A DNA stretch of 64,000 nt from Lingula anatina (GCA_051362555.1 CM120649.1:18614567-18678566), one strand, 5' to 3'; positions 1 through 13,749 are shown, numbered from the stretch's first letter. A program made the numbers and translations. Notes: a model not told the origin generated them from the sequence alone.

Positions 1-871
1 TGCCTTTGTCAGTTTGTTTTCTATTGATTTTCATTAAAACAGATTTAAGAAACTACTCCGAGCTTTAGGGCGGTGAGTCGGTCCTGCGTTTGATAGCCCA
101 GCGCAAACAAAGGGTAAAAAGCAAGGTCCTACTTTGATCGTCTTTCTGCACAAAATCAGAAACATAGTTCTCTTGAAATCTCCACGTTCTATCTGACGTA
201 GCAAAAAATATAAAAGAGTGTATAAATGTATCAAATACTTTTCCAGGAATCAAAAGAATAACGTAATCAAATGAAAATGTTTGATTAGTGAAGACTACGG
301 ATTACTACTAAAAGCAGTGGTAGTAGATAGACAAAATCATTCTGACATTAACTAGCTTTTCAAGCCAAATCAACATTCAAGTAAACCATAAACGAAAAAA
401 GGTCCCTTGAATTATTTAGTCTCTCTAGCCACATATGATATATTGCTCGAAAAGATTCGTGCTTTTTATCGGAATCTTTTACACAGATGAGAACGATTTC
501 TATCAGTGAAACTTACTGTCAAGTCTTGAATTCTTCCCCCTAATGTCGCTTTTTTTTTCTTCGAAGTTAGGATCAATATGCGCAGAATCTAGGTTTGCGA
601 GGTCACAGTATTCTTGCCATCAAATTGACCGAAATATTGCTTGACCTGCTGCAGTAGTTAAGTACACACGTGTGGTAAGTCCTCCTATAAATTCACGACA
701 CACTACTAGCAGCTACAGCGAGCGGTGACGTCAAAGCCTCGCTAACCCCCCCCCCTCCCCCCCAGTTTACAGTACAGAGAGATGCCCGTACTTGACAAAG
801 AAATATATGTGAACATCCGGCGAAAAGGTTATCTTTCACTATTTCATAAAAAAAGATTGTTGGTACACTTC

Positions 872-926
<55 letters not shown>

Positions 927-1517
927 TAGGCCTATAGGCCTAACTCACCAATCCTAGCAGCGTAACTGTCATACAAGGATTCTCTATGCCAGATTCCAGT
1001 GACTTATATACTAGTATAGTATATGCACTGTATAATGAATAGATAAATAAATAAATTATAAACAGGAGAAACACTCCCCTCATCGGCTCTTATGAAGTCC
1101 ATCTTTCTCTTTACCTAGGGCATCACTGAGAGAGATCACCTCCCAAAACTGCCCTTCCGAGCCCATCTTTCCCTTCACGTAGGGAATCACCGGAAGACTA
1201 CGCCTAAAATGTGCTTTGCGAGCTTGACTTGCGTCTAAAGCACATCTTGGGCTACATATTATTACTTCACCTGTATCTTCCGTTCCAAGTCGTCTTGTGC
1301 TACCAGTAGGCATTTGTAATAATAATGATGATGATGGTTTAATCAATATAATACCCACATCCATACTTACACGCAAGGTTATCTACTCCTCCAAGTTTTC
1401 CAACAAACTTGTCGGCGCGGGGAGTGGGGGAGGGGGGGAGGGGGGGTTGTACCGATTTCTCACTTCTACCTTATCATAGGCTACCTTTATAGATATTGAA
1501 GTTCGCAAGTCAATATA

Positions 1518-1686
1518 CAGGGGCGGATCCAGAGATATTTTCTGACAGTCTTCCACATTATCTTTGTTGATCCATCCTCAATTTTTTTACCGTCTTCCGA
1601 CAGAAAAAATTAGATACCCGTCAATGTAAACTTGAAAATCTGACCGTTTTCTGGAAGACCCAGAAGACGGCCTAAATCCGCCCCTG
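1518..1686 (+). mobile_element. MITE family A (CAGGGG termini, 5-bp TSD), copy 1
   Basis: TIR CAGGGGCGGAT...ATCCGCCCCTG, TSD ATATA. Near-identical to the copies at 21771, 37782 and 56959. Confidence 0.88.
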
Positions 1687-2272
1687 ATATATATCTTTAA
1701 TGGACAACCAAATAAAAACACAATGCCTTGAGACTTTTCTGTCGATTTATACGTTGATGCTGATATCGAGCTTTGAAAATTGATAAAAAACGGAACTCCA
1801 CGTGGGAAATGTGAGGAAGTGTTTGTACCTAACAGTATTCTACACACACACACACCACGGCTGCAGAACTGAATGGATACAAATATACACGATCTTGTAC
1901 TCGTGAAAAAAATGTTGAAACCGAATATTTTTCAAATTAAACACGTTTCTGCTCTTGTTCAGGCCTTGGACAGAATTATATTATGTCCAAGCTCAGGCTA
2001 AAACGTTATACGCGGAAGGAAATCACAACAAAAATACGAGTCATATTGGAGGCAGCATTTAATATATCAATCAAGTGGTCGTCATACAATGTACAATGTA
2101 GTGTGCATAATTACAATGAATGGTCAACTACAGTGGTCATCCTACCGTGAACTAGCCGGTATGAGTGACCAATATGCTGTGAATTATTTCACCAAACACT
2201 ACCTCAGGAGCGGCAGACAGGGGGTTCTTTAAAAAAAAAAAAAATAAATAAATAAAAAAGGGGGGGGGGGGT

Positions 2273-2309
<37 letters not shown>

Positions 2310-3669
2310 AACTTAATAGACCTGAATAACCAAAAGGCGAGCGATTTTGCCACTGCGTTACGTTTACATTTTGTGACAGGGAAATGAAAAAAAAAATTAA
2401 TACAAATGGATAAAGGGTTTTCCTAAATAAGATAAAAAAGGCACACAGCAGACTTCATTTCTTCTACCCAAAATTTATAAATAAAGAATGCCTTTTGCAA
2501 TTTTTTCTGTTCATGTGACCTACCCTGGCCTCTAAATAAAAAGATACGTGCATCACACCTAAAAATCTATTTTTTAACATTCTGTACCTATTTAGTTTTC
2601 AGTAACCAAAGCCATCAAATAATATTCCAAATGCTATTATGATTATGTGAGATAAGTGAAACCACCAAATGCTATTACTTTTTTCCCATCAAGTGAAAAT
2701 ATGCTTGTATATGTTGACGAAAGTGATAATATGCATTCATAAACAAGGGAGGGGGGGGGGGGGAGGGAAGGGTTCAGCACTGGTGTCTTCCAAGAACAAT
2801 CAAAATCACATGACAAAACAAAATCTTAAGAAAGGAAGATTTATGAATTCCAAATCAATTCTTAGAGAAAAAATTGGCAGGCCTTGGTTCTGAAAGTTAA
2901 AATGTCAGTAGGTAGGTGGGGTAGGGGGAGGTATGGGTTGGAAAAAACACACATTTGGTAGGAAATAACCTGCTCTGAATAATAGCAAGAAAATTATGTT
3001 CTGGGTTTTATGATATTTAACAAAATAGGCTAACTAAAAGGTGAAGAGGACCACTTTTTGAGAAAAAAAATCCTTTAAAATGCTGGCTGAAGGTCTGAAT
3101 GTACATTTCTGAACACAACAAGCAAATGAGCATCTCAACAAAATACACAGAGCATAAAAACAAAATCTACCACTAGGTGTCACTCACAAGTGTTCTTCAG
3201 ACATCCAAGTGCCTAGCCAATACAAGCCAGTGTCTCAGATTTTTTTTATAAAAAGGTGTAAAAAAGAAATAATCATGATAACTAATGTGCCACCTAGCCG
3301 TCTTATATTTTAACAATGCTTTGTACATTTCTGTAGAAAAAAAAAAAAAAAAAAAAAAAGATATAACCCACCAACCGTGCAGTGTAACTGTCCCACAGGA
3401 ATTCTCTATATGGAAAAAACTAGAAATGCCAGATTCTAGCGGAATCTATATCAATATGCTAGTAAATGCACTGTACAGAAGTGCTGAGATAAACAAATGG
3501 CAATGAACACTTTTTACACTGGACCTACAGGCAAAAAAAACCTTCACAATTTGAGGGGATGATACACCATTGTCTTGGTGCTTGTTGGTCGCCCAAACTG
3601 TGCAGTTTGTCTCTACACGTACGACTGCCTCATGTTTGTAAAATACGAAAATGCTGAACTTGGACATAG

Positions 3670-6600
3670 CACCCAAACCCAATATAGAGGTGCAAACGAT
3701 GTCACAGGCATGTTCCTGAAAATATGTAGTGCACAGATTACAAACTATGTTTGATTATTTTAGGGTCCCACATAAAGAAGTTTGTATTAAAGTTTCACTT
3801 TCCTGGAACCACGAATAATACAAAATAATTCATCATCTAACCCCAAAAAGGAACATACGTTACTGTCACAAATGCATAACGTCTAACTGTGGAAACGTTT
3901 TAATCACTTTGAAAATTCAATCATCACGGGTTTTGTTCTTTAATTTATCTCCTACAAGTATAACGTTGTAAAAAATTACGAAAAGCTTTTGTACAGAGCA
4001 GTTAATTGTTTTTTAGCGACTTAAGTTTGCCTGTCACTGAATATTAAAAAAACTGGGAAAATACACCCTACCGACAGTAAAATAAGCATTTAATAAATTA
4101 TTTTTCCCCTCGTGCTCCAAATATTATATCTGAAATGTCAAACTATCATGAAATCATGATATATTTTTCTGGCAGCAAAAGAAAACATTGTTTTCTCTTG
4201 CACCAAGTACTTGTAGAAAATGAAACATTTTGTTAATTTTCCTAGGGAACATACGTTACCTAGTATTAGCTATGACGTAGGCCCCATTAGATACGGTTTA
4301 AATGTTTATAAAAAACGTCCTTACGTCATATTTAATTTAACATGATCGAATCACTTTAAAATATATAAGAACACGTTATGAAAATAAAAATTAGGTGGCC
4401 TGGAACATACGTTACCGGAACATACGTTACCAGTGAAAATCTACTTGTGCCCGAAACTGGCTCCGAAAGAAAAATTAGCTTCTGTTTGAGGTGTCAGGTG
4501 GTTCTTTCTGACGTCTGCTCGAGCTAAAGATTAGATGAGGTTAGTTACAAGTGTAAATAAATTAATAAAATCCTCAGTAACGATGTCAGCGAAGTGAATG
4601 ATTTTGTCGTAATAAAAAATTTAATTCAAATACAGAAATGAATGTCAAAGACGGAAATAAATGTCAAACAAGACTATGGAAGGAAAAAATAATCGCCAAC
4701 GAGCGCAGTGAGCGCAGTGCTAAATACATTGATACCGAACGGAACATCATAATTTCAGAAAAAATGCGAAACCAGAGCTGAGATTAAAAAAAATATATAT
4801 CGATCTCCTAAGAAAACGAGGGTGACGCTTATTTGGAAGCGAAAGAAAACGGGTTCAAAATACTATGTAGGCCTACCTTCCGCCTCCTTATAAATGTCGT
4901 GAAAGACAAAAGAGGCATGCGAAGACTAAATCGCAAAAACGTAGACTTCACCAAAGGAAAGAAGAGCTCCTAGCTGCTATAGAAGTTGCCGAGGCAAGTC
5001 CACAGCAATCACCACCTGAGAGACTTGTTGTGTGTGCGAGGTGGCCACAACGTGGAAATGATTGAGAAGAAACTAATGGCAGTCACAATGAACAATTAAA
5101 GAACTACAATCACAGGTTAATTCCATAAGAAAGAGGGAAAATGCTATCCGGCAACGTTTAGCCATTGTAGAAGACGAAATACGGAACCACCTGAATTTCC
5201 CACATGCCCCAAAATTAAGACAGAACGCATCATACAGCAGGCTATAGACCCAAGCTAACACTAGTACTGTGCAGAAGCAATTACTTTTTATGTCTCCTCC
5301 ATCCCAGTGTACAGTGTACCACAAACTTCATAGTCTTATTTATAACAAAAAGAAGGCAACAAAGAATATCGATTTGGTCAAACAAGGCCGCTTTTATCTT
5401 ATAACCCCACTACCCTAATTATTTTAGCAATAATAACAATGTAGCAAATCGTTGCCTTTATCCTAAGATAAAAATAATATTATATATACACATAATATTC
5501 AATAAGACTCATCATCCTAAAAATATGATGACTTATACACTGTAGAAAATGTTTTTTTAGCTACAGTGGGTCAAGTTTAACGAGTTACACCAAGAAGTAA
5601 GATGAACATTTTGCATAATATAGTGGCTGAGAAGATTGCGAAGACGTACCGTTGTCTCAGATTTCTTTCCGCTGCTACTGGCATTTGCCGGAATCGTTGG
5701 TCGAGAACTCGCGAAAAGGGGATGAACTGATCGAAAAGTCGACGGACGGGAGTAGCAGGAAAAAAAGGCAAGCTGTATACATTTTTTTGAACGAGACGAC
5801 TATAGTAGAGCCCAAGAGCGCCAGTAACAAAAAAAAAAAAAAAAAAAAAAATCATCCATCACGTTGGCACAGTAAAAACACTGTATGAACATCTAAGAAA
5901 TCTCAAGGAAACTTTTACAACATATCATGCAGCCTATAATTTGTCTTAAATAGCGACTGATGAGGACCGTAGAGACCCTAGAACTCTAAAGTGGTACCTG
6001 TTTCTTATACCCACTCAATAGAAAGACTTCAAAACGTAATTTTGTGAGCCACTTACTTCTTATAGATGGAACAAACATTATATATATACATTTTTTTAAT
6101 TCCCAAAAGTGCCGAAATCCGCAAGACAATTTAGACCTTTCAGAGAGGATAGTAAATCTCATTTTGAACGAATTCTCTGATGTATTTGAAAACTTATAGG
6201 TGTTGAAAAAGGCTTCGTTTAAAGAGGTGGGAGGTTAGATGTTTCTGGGAACTGTATTTCTTTACATGCAAATGATTAAGACGTTTGATACGCGGATCGT
6301 GTTTGTGTAATAGGTTATCTATCACTTTTGATGTCTGAGTTACTTTTAAAACCTCAATAAATTCTACGAAAAAAAGCGAAAAATATCTTATCAATATTTA
6401 TTAAACTCGTGTCCCGTATCTTTTCTATGGCTGTGGAACATACGTTACATAACGGTATGCGTAGGATGCGAGGCGTAGTTGGTATTGTAACTAATACACC
6501 CAAAATTTGAAACTGTCCATGAGTTTTAAATTCACGACGAATATGACCAATGGTAGATAACTTTTAGGTAACAAAATTTTCAATTCTCTATACAATTGAC

Positions 6601-7028
6601 AATTACTGCTATTGAAAGAGTCATCAACGTGGACATTGTAAAGAAAAATGATCTTTAGTTTGAAAGTAATTTTCCTAGATCTGGTCAATTTAAATGTATT
6701 TTCCTACCACTTTTCCATTATTAATGACTCATAGGGTTCTGATAGTGTTTAGCTTGCACAAATTTCCACAGTGCTCAACTAATGATCGTGTTTGTATCAG
6801 GCGATACAGTGGTAACGTATGTTCTTTCTTACGCTTTTTTTCACTTCAAACGGCTATCAATTTATTTGCTTACAAAACAGAAACCCGTGGGCGTAAAATT
6901 GGGACATTTGTGGGTTTTTGTTCTATACACATGTAAGTTTTAAAAAATTGGATAATACATCGAATTCATTCAATTTCATTTTTTGAGACTTGAACTTGTG
7001 AAATGCACCTCTATATTGGGTTTGGGTG
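3670..7028. mobile_element. Non-autonomous Chapaev-like (CMC superfamily) DNA transposon, about 3.36 kb
   Basis: Perfect 25-bp TIR CACCCAAACCCAATATAGAGGTGCA with CAC...GTG termini. 4-bp TSD ATAG at 3666-3669 and 7029-7032. Six internal copies of GGAACATACGTTAC. No intact transposase ORF. Confidence 0.8.
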
Positions 7029-8316
7029 ATAGGTCCCCAAAAACTGAACCACATGGGAACTTACTGGTTGGCTTAAAATGCGTTATAACAATTGGATAAA
7101 TTTTCAAATTTTATACATGATAATAATCCTTATTTCAAATACTTTGTAATATAATCCCTACAGTTTTATAACAAGTGAAACAGATACATCTAATATCAAA
7201 TTTACCTGTCTGTTAACGTTGTTTACTATCTCTAATATACTCTTAATTAAAATAATAAAAAAAAAATCACCTAAGAAAAATCTAAACCCCTCTAGTCATT
7301 TTTCCTAACCTACTTGGATGAAATCTGTATACCATCACTAGTATTATATGATAAGCAAATGCTATAACTGATTTCTACCTACTGAAAAGAAAGTAAAAAT
7401 ATTGCTTTGACACTAGCAGTTCATACCAGTACTTACTAATCCTGTTCACATTCTTCGTATAAAATAACCACTCTCATGCAAGAAGCTGCAACTGACTATT
7501 CCTGATTTCAAACCCATCTTATGTAAAGACTAAATGTCTTGAAAATTAAATCAATCAACAGTTATCAATCATACTACAGTAAAATCAAACATTTGGATTT
7601 TTTAATACTATGGACTGTTAACAGTTCCAAATACATCTTCCCAGAATGCAGTGCTGCCCAAGCATAAACCTCCCTACAGAAATAATAATGGGAGCCTTCG
7701 ATATAAAGTGGTCATCTTTATTCCCTATGTCAAAAGAGGCAGTATTAAAATGAAAAGAAAAGGTTCTTCCTTGTAATCATTCCTCATCATCTAACAAAAT
7801 GAGCTCTAGCTTAATATCACATTTCACTAACAAGGTTCCCTTTCACTTAAAAATCTACATTTCGATTTTGCTTAATTATTAAACCAAACTTAATATTCAT
7901 AATAAAAGTGCATCTTTTTTTCTGCTTTCAAAATTTCCAGAATATTTCCATCTATTAAAAAAATTGTTATACTGTGTAAGGGTGAATCAGCAGTCCAATG
8001 CACTTTCAAACCTTAGGTCTAACCACTAACTCTCGAGTTCTTTTGTTTTTTTTTTTCCCTAACTTGAGCTCTTTTTCCTTCTTGAATCAGTTGCCACTTC
8101 ATCAAGCAGTACCCAGAGTTCTTGGCTTTGCTACTCGCAGCCAACAAATACCCCGCAGCAGCCTTGTTTTTATTCCAGTACCGCCACTCAGCGTTTCTCC
8201 AAATTCCATCCCAATTCAAAGTTTTACATCAAAATGTATTTTCTTTTGAAAGCCCAAGCCTTTTTTTCCTATCAACCTCAGCATCCACTCCATCAAACTG
8301 ATCACGTTCCTTGTTT

Positions 8317-8493
8317 TCAATACACCCAGCTGACAGGCACCCACTGTGGAGTGGTGCATACTTCGTCGATGGCCTGTTCTAATGTACGTATGGTCTCCTC
8401 AATGTCATTATTGGCAATTTTCAAGTCAAAGTAGTGTCCATAAGCTTTCTCCAAGAGATCACTCTCTTTTGCAAGACGCTCTAGACTTCCATC
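8317..8493 (-). CDS. CASK: CASK terminal coding exon (GK domain C-terminus)
   Basis: Acceptor ctctag| then [61 protein letters not shown]. 177 nt, phase 0. The QWVPVSWVY end is the CASK/p55-type MAGUK C-terminus. Confidence 0.97.
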   Translation of the reverse strand, partial: DGSLERLAKESDLLEKAYGHYFDLKIANNDIEETIRTLEQAIDEVCTTPQWVPVSWVY

Positions 8494-8824
8494 CTAGAGA
8501 AGTAACATGAATATAAAAGAACAGAAATTAGATTCAAGAAACCCAAATAAAATGAAAAAAGAATAAAGACTACATAAATAAATGAATAAATAAATGGCAC
8601 AACATAATACATTATGCTATTAAGTTTTATCACAAAGTAATAATTAATTTTACGTATTTCTTTGATTTCAGAAGAAAGGTCCAATTTATTTAGTACATTT
8701 AAAAACTCTATACACCTGGCCACGGGGGAAAAACTATGTGCAAACAAACGTGTAAACACTCTAGTGACAAAAGGACACACTGATCACCTGTTAGACTACT
8801 GTGACATACCCAGACAGCCAACTA

Positions 8825-9129
8825 GGCCGCATTCAGAACAGATATAATCCACAGACTAACTCGTCCACAGATCAAATATGGCCAGCCCCACTTAAAAGCG
8901 ATGCCACCTTATCCCCTAAAGGCCTCCCGGCCTACCACAAGGACCAGGCCTACAGGGGCCTTGCAAGTAATGGGATTAAATCTCGGCTCCAAGGTTTAAG
9001 TACAGGCTCCTGCAGGGATGGTGCATGTGGAGGTGGAGAGACCATAAGGGAATTAGGCGGCATTGCTTTTAATGGGGTCAGCCATATTAAGTTTGAGGAT
9101 CAGTTAGGCCATCTATTGTGAATGAGACT
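8825..9129. mobile_element. Degraded MITE-like element
   Basis: Imperfect inverted ends ggccgcattcagaacagat / atctattgtgaatgagact and a GC-richer interior. The flanks are T-A triplets (cta / tta), not an exact TSD. Confidence 0.35.
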
Positions 9130-9385
9130 TTAGAATCCCCAGGAATGGGATCTTCACAGTTAAAAATAGGGGCACAATTTCAGCGGTTACACCACTTCCA
9201 TTGATAACGGAAAATTATCAGAAACAGCTTGAATCTAAACCCATTCATTTAATAGAATGTAATTATCCCAGTTGGTGCTCAATTAAAATTATGTCAGTAG
9301 TTTCTAAGGAAGTATTCAGATCCCCATCCTTTGCCATGAATTTCATCAGAAAAAAAAAAAAACCCTCCCCTGGCTTTACACTTAC

Positions 9386-9487
9386 ATTAATCTGGCTAAA
9401 CTTGGGGTCTGCCAGATTTGCCATGCTTGGTGCCGCTATGAATACTACAAAAGGGGAAAACTCGGAGGACCGAAGAACCTTAAGTGC
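9386..9487 (-). CDS. CASK: CASK GK-domain alternative exon B (duplicated, likely mutually exclusive with 10869-10949)
   Basis: ttatag|ALKVLRSSEFSPFVVFIAAPSMANLADPKFSQIN|gtaagt. 102 nt, phase 0/0. Confidence 0.9.
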
Positions 9488-9769
9488 CTATAACGGGGGG
9501 AGAGAACACACATGCATTGTGAATTATCAGTTACCACACGACAAAAATTATGCTAAACACCAATGTCCTTGCAAGCTGTAAAATGAAAAGAAAATGACAT
9601 CAAACATCAATAAACAAGTACTTTGTATCCCCAAACCTAAGACCCACTGTGAGAAAAAAAAAAAAAAAAAAAAAAAAATCCCAAACATTCTTCTTCATCC
9701 TATTTTATTTAACTTAGATTTTGGAAAAGATTCCACTGAAGCACTGGGGATGGGTGGGCCTCAAACAAA

Positions 9770-9905
9770 CCCTTAGCAAAATGAAAAGTTTGCTGTAACA
9801 TTGCAGCAATATCAATTGCTACTAATTTTGCAGCCATATTGCAGCTAATTTGCTGCAAATTTGCAAGAAGGAATTGCAATTTGAGGTCTGATATTTTGCC
9901 AAGGG
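9770..9905. mobile_element. Small CCC...GGG TIR element (EnSpm-like MITE); related left end at about 46285
   Basis: CCCTTAGCAAAAT...ATTTTGCCAAGGG flanked by AA/AA. cccttagcaaaatgaaaagttt recurs at about 46285. Confidence 0.5.
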
Positions 9906-10155
9906 AACTGCTCTCCTAGATGGGACAGGTCCATATTTCATTATCGCCCCCACCCCCCTCTTTCCAACTAGATGACCCCAGGTCTAAGAGAGATGATGTT
10001 ACTTGTTTAGAGATGATACGACAACATTTGGTATGGGTGTAGCATGGTACCCTCTTTTAAAAATAATATAAAAACTCCTTAGTAATCTTATTGTTCTCAG
10101 AAGATACTAAAACAAAAAATAATGCCCTTATTTATCTAAAATTTCATCTACACCC

Positions 10156-10208
<53 letters not shown>

Positions 10209-10445
10209 ATTGTCAATTGGTGACAATGGGGTACCATACAACAACCCAGAGAACACCATTACAGTATTACAACATCAAATACTAGCTATTAGTACCTGCT
10301 TGAGGAGTGGACAGGATTGAGTCACCATTCCAACTAAAACAATCTGAATATCAAAATCCGAAATCTATTGGTTCGACAATCCACTTGTATTTCCGTAGGC
10401 TCTCTTACCACAATCAAAGAGTCCCCATCCCCCAGTGTTCTCTGA

Positions 10446-10619
10446 GGGGGCGTCTCGATAGTCCGAAGGTTCATTGGTCCGAAGGTTCATTGGTCCGAAA
10501 AGTGGTAACATTTTCATCGATTTTTTAATCAAGGGTTCATTGGTCCGAAGGTTCTATAGTGAACATTCGGACCAATGAACCTTCGGACTATTGAACCTTC
10601 GGACTATCGCTACGGCCCC
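10446..10619. mobile_element. Foldback-type MITE with internal ~17-bp tandem repeats and an 8-bp TSD
   Basis: GGGGG...CCCC termini. Arms are built of GGTTCATTGGTCCGAA units and their reverse complement. TSD TTCTCTGA at 10438-10445 and 10620-10627. Confidence 0.8.
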
Positions 10620-10868
10620 TTCTCTGACTTGCCCCTCCCCCCCCCCCCCCTTAGCCCCACCCTCACTCCACTCCACCCCATTCCTCAAGCAAATACCCCA
10701 CAAGTGCACCACACCTTGTGCATCACAACAATTAGGGGGTCACAAAACAGCATCTACAAAGGAAGAAAATAAAGGGAAAGGGGGGGGATTTGCTGTTTTT
10801 GTTGCTAGGGTTACAGTTGCCATAGTTACAGTTGCCACAGCGATGACACAGTGATCATATCTGTTTAC

Positions 10869-10949
10869 CTCATGAAATGAAATCATGTCCGGAGCAGCTA
10901 TAAATACTACAAAGGGAAAAAACTCTGCAATGCGCAGAACTTTCAATGC
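10869..10949 (-). CDS. CASK: CASK GK-domain alternative exon A (duplicated, likely mutually exclusive with 9386-9487)
   Basis: tttttccag|ALKVLRIAEFFPFVVFIAAPDMISFHE|gtaaac. 81 nt, phase 0/0. Confidence 0.9.
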
Positions 10950-11671
10950 CTGGAAAAAGATAAGTCAACTTTTATTAATATGAGAAAGAACTTATGCATG
11001 CTTTTCTAAAAAATAAAGTAATTTTTCTTCAATATAAAGATTCTCACGGGTGCTCATGATCGTGAAAAGAATAGGAGGTTCAGATAAAAGACTGGCTCCG
11101 ATGGATGGCCTCTCTTTGAACTCACTGCTTACGATAATATGATAACACAAAAATAAGGCTAAATATAAATATGGGACCAATAATGCAGACACATACTATA
11201 CTGAGTTGAAAAAGATGTATAAAGATTCCATGAAACTGTTTAGAGGCATTACACAGGCTAGGAATCAAATTACAGTATTTGAAATAAAATAAAATAAATT
11301 CTATTTGGAAAAAAATTAAATATTCAAGTGAATATATGTAAATCATTTTCTTCTGTTGATTTACCTTTACCAATAGTGCAATCTGTATATTATCACCTGA
11401 TTCAAAGGATGCAAACATTACATTTATAAATAAAATGCATGAAATGATGTAAATAATTTCAGAAATATCACTTTTACTGAGAGCTTCAAACCAAACATCA
11501 AGTAAAGTGGTATTTTTTCTCTCATTCATAGCTGATGAAATATTTATCTCACTATCTCACAAAGTCCTGCCATCACTTAAATTTCTCAGCAGTTGTCCAC
11601 AAATTAATCTGAGCAACGCAAAAACAGTAACGAATATCTTCCATAACTGTTATCATCATTATTTCAATCAC

Positions 11672-11874
11672 CTGAGGTTCGACGTCTAATATCGCCATAA
11701 GTCCCTGGTCATGTATCTGACGAATTGTTTCCAGTTTCGTCCCATACATGGCATCTTCGTGGGTCCCGTATTCCAAGTACTCATTGTTGGCAATGTCCCG
11801 CATCATCTGCTCGTGCGTCACAAAGAAATAGTTTTTGCCATTTTCTTCATCTTTTTTGGAGGATCTGGTCGTAT
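11672..11874 (-). CDS. CASK: CASK GK-domain exon
   Basis: tttcag|(H)[67 protein letters not shown]|gtgatt. 203 nt, phase 1/0. Confidence 0.96.
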
Positions 11875-13449
11875 CTGAAAAAAAAAAGGATAATATTTAA
11901 AAATTAAGATTTATACTTGACATCAAGAAATTCATATTTCACCTATACGTTAAACACTAAGCTATGAAGAGCACTGTATAAATAATGAATGCTTTTCAAT
12001 AAGGAAAAAAAACAAACATATTGGGGTCCCTAACAAGTTCATAATATTTAATTACCAAATTCAAAGACCTTTTTTTCTGTTAATATGTAACTACACAGCT
12101 TAATTGTGTAACATTACAGAGGATACATTGGATACAATCATTGTAAAACACTAAAAAAATGATGAAAAACATTGCAAACCAAATTTGGTGTTATAGGTAA
12201 TGCACATTATTCCACCGGAATCCTTATTATTATTTTTACAAATTTTAATGAGAATAGTTGTGCATGCAAATGTGACAAAGAAACATTTCTTGCCATTTTC
12301 TTCACTTCTCTTGCATGCCTTAGTAGTGTCTGTAATACAAAAAGAACAACTCCTACTACTATCAACAGCTCTATATCACTACTAGATGTGGTATTTAGTA
12401 GACTTTGAATTTATATTGAAAACATTTAATATATCATTGTAACTCTTAACGTCAAACATTTAAACTAACAGGCAATTGTCATTGTTGAATCCTTTTAATA
12501 CATGCAATGTTGAATGGTGACATTAAATATACAAATTCAGCCTTAATTTGAATTGCCCAAGATATTTTTATTGTATTTTTCAATGCTTATTGTTCTAAGC
12601 CTGATTAAAAAATAAGCTACATTTAGCCAACTTAAGCCTTCGCGTAAGATTTGTTGGTGGTATATAGGAATAATCTTACATTTTTAAAATTTTTGTTTAG
12701 AAAATGCCTCCCAGGCATGCAAAACTTAATCCACTTGATCTAAGCCTACAACTTAATCATATAATTGTAGAACTTGAATAGAAATGAGTCTAATAGGCAG
12801 CAATTGTTTTTATGCTAACAGAAAAAAAAGGCACCATTTTCCTTATAATAAGTCTAGTGGTTGTCTTAAGATACATTTTTTGCATTATACTTGGCTGACC
12901 ATCCCCCTCATCTCATCTTACGAAAAGTATAATATGAGAAAAAATAAATGAAGCAGACTATGGATGTTAAACGGAAATGTTATTCAGAACATTAACTTTA
13001 CATAGTTTGCAATAGAGCTTAAGTGGACAATAAAAAAAAATTGTAAAATATAAGAAAATACAAATATGTTGCATTAACAGCTTTGACAGTCTTCACAGCT
13101 ATCAAATCAGAGGCAAAATTATCAGAATTAAAAAATAAACAAAATATCAAGCCCCTTGTTAGTGATACTGAAACCAAAGTAAAGGCCTAAATATGAAATA
13201 AAAGAGACTGAAAACTAATATCATAAAAAACAGTATATGGTGATTACTGAAAAAAATTTCAAACAACTTTTTTTTTAGAAATATTACAAGCATAAATCAT
13301 CGTATTTTACTAAATTTTCAGGATTTCCAATATCAGACAATGACAACGGAGTAATTTTTGACATGAAACCAACGACTTCTCAAACATTTTACACCAGCAT
13401 TTTAGACATTACTTCTTCCAAGTAATTACCATATATCAAGATCACTCTA

Positions 13450-13698
<249 letters not shown>

Positions 13699-13749
13699 TT
13701 AATTCATAGTTTTCTTTTGGCTGATATCACTAGTTGTTTGTTTATATTA

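Noticed and set aside
875-924. Long poly(A) tracts as retroposon tails (also about 10161, 47208, 54872)
   Set aside because: No TSD or SINE/LINE body was recognised upstream, and homopolymer runs are ubiquitous in this window.
1080-1376. VIPYVKG motif reminiscent of Penelope-like retroelement proteins
   Set aside because: Only a 7-residue resemblance with no other recognisable RT or GIY-YIG motif. It would need a translated search.
10458-10608. Short regularly repeated units resembling a CRISPR array
   Set aside because: The repeats abut without unique spacers, switch orientation and are bounded by a TSD. The context is a spliceosomal intron with no cas genes.
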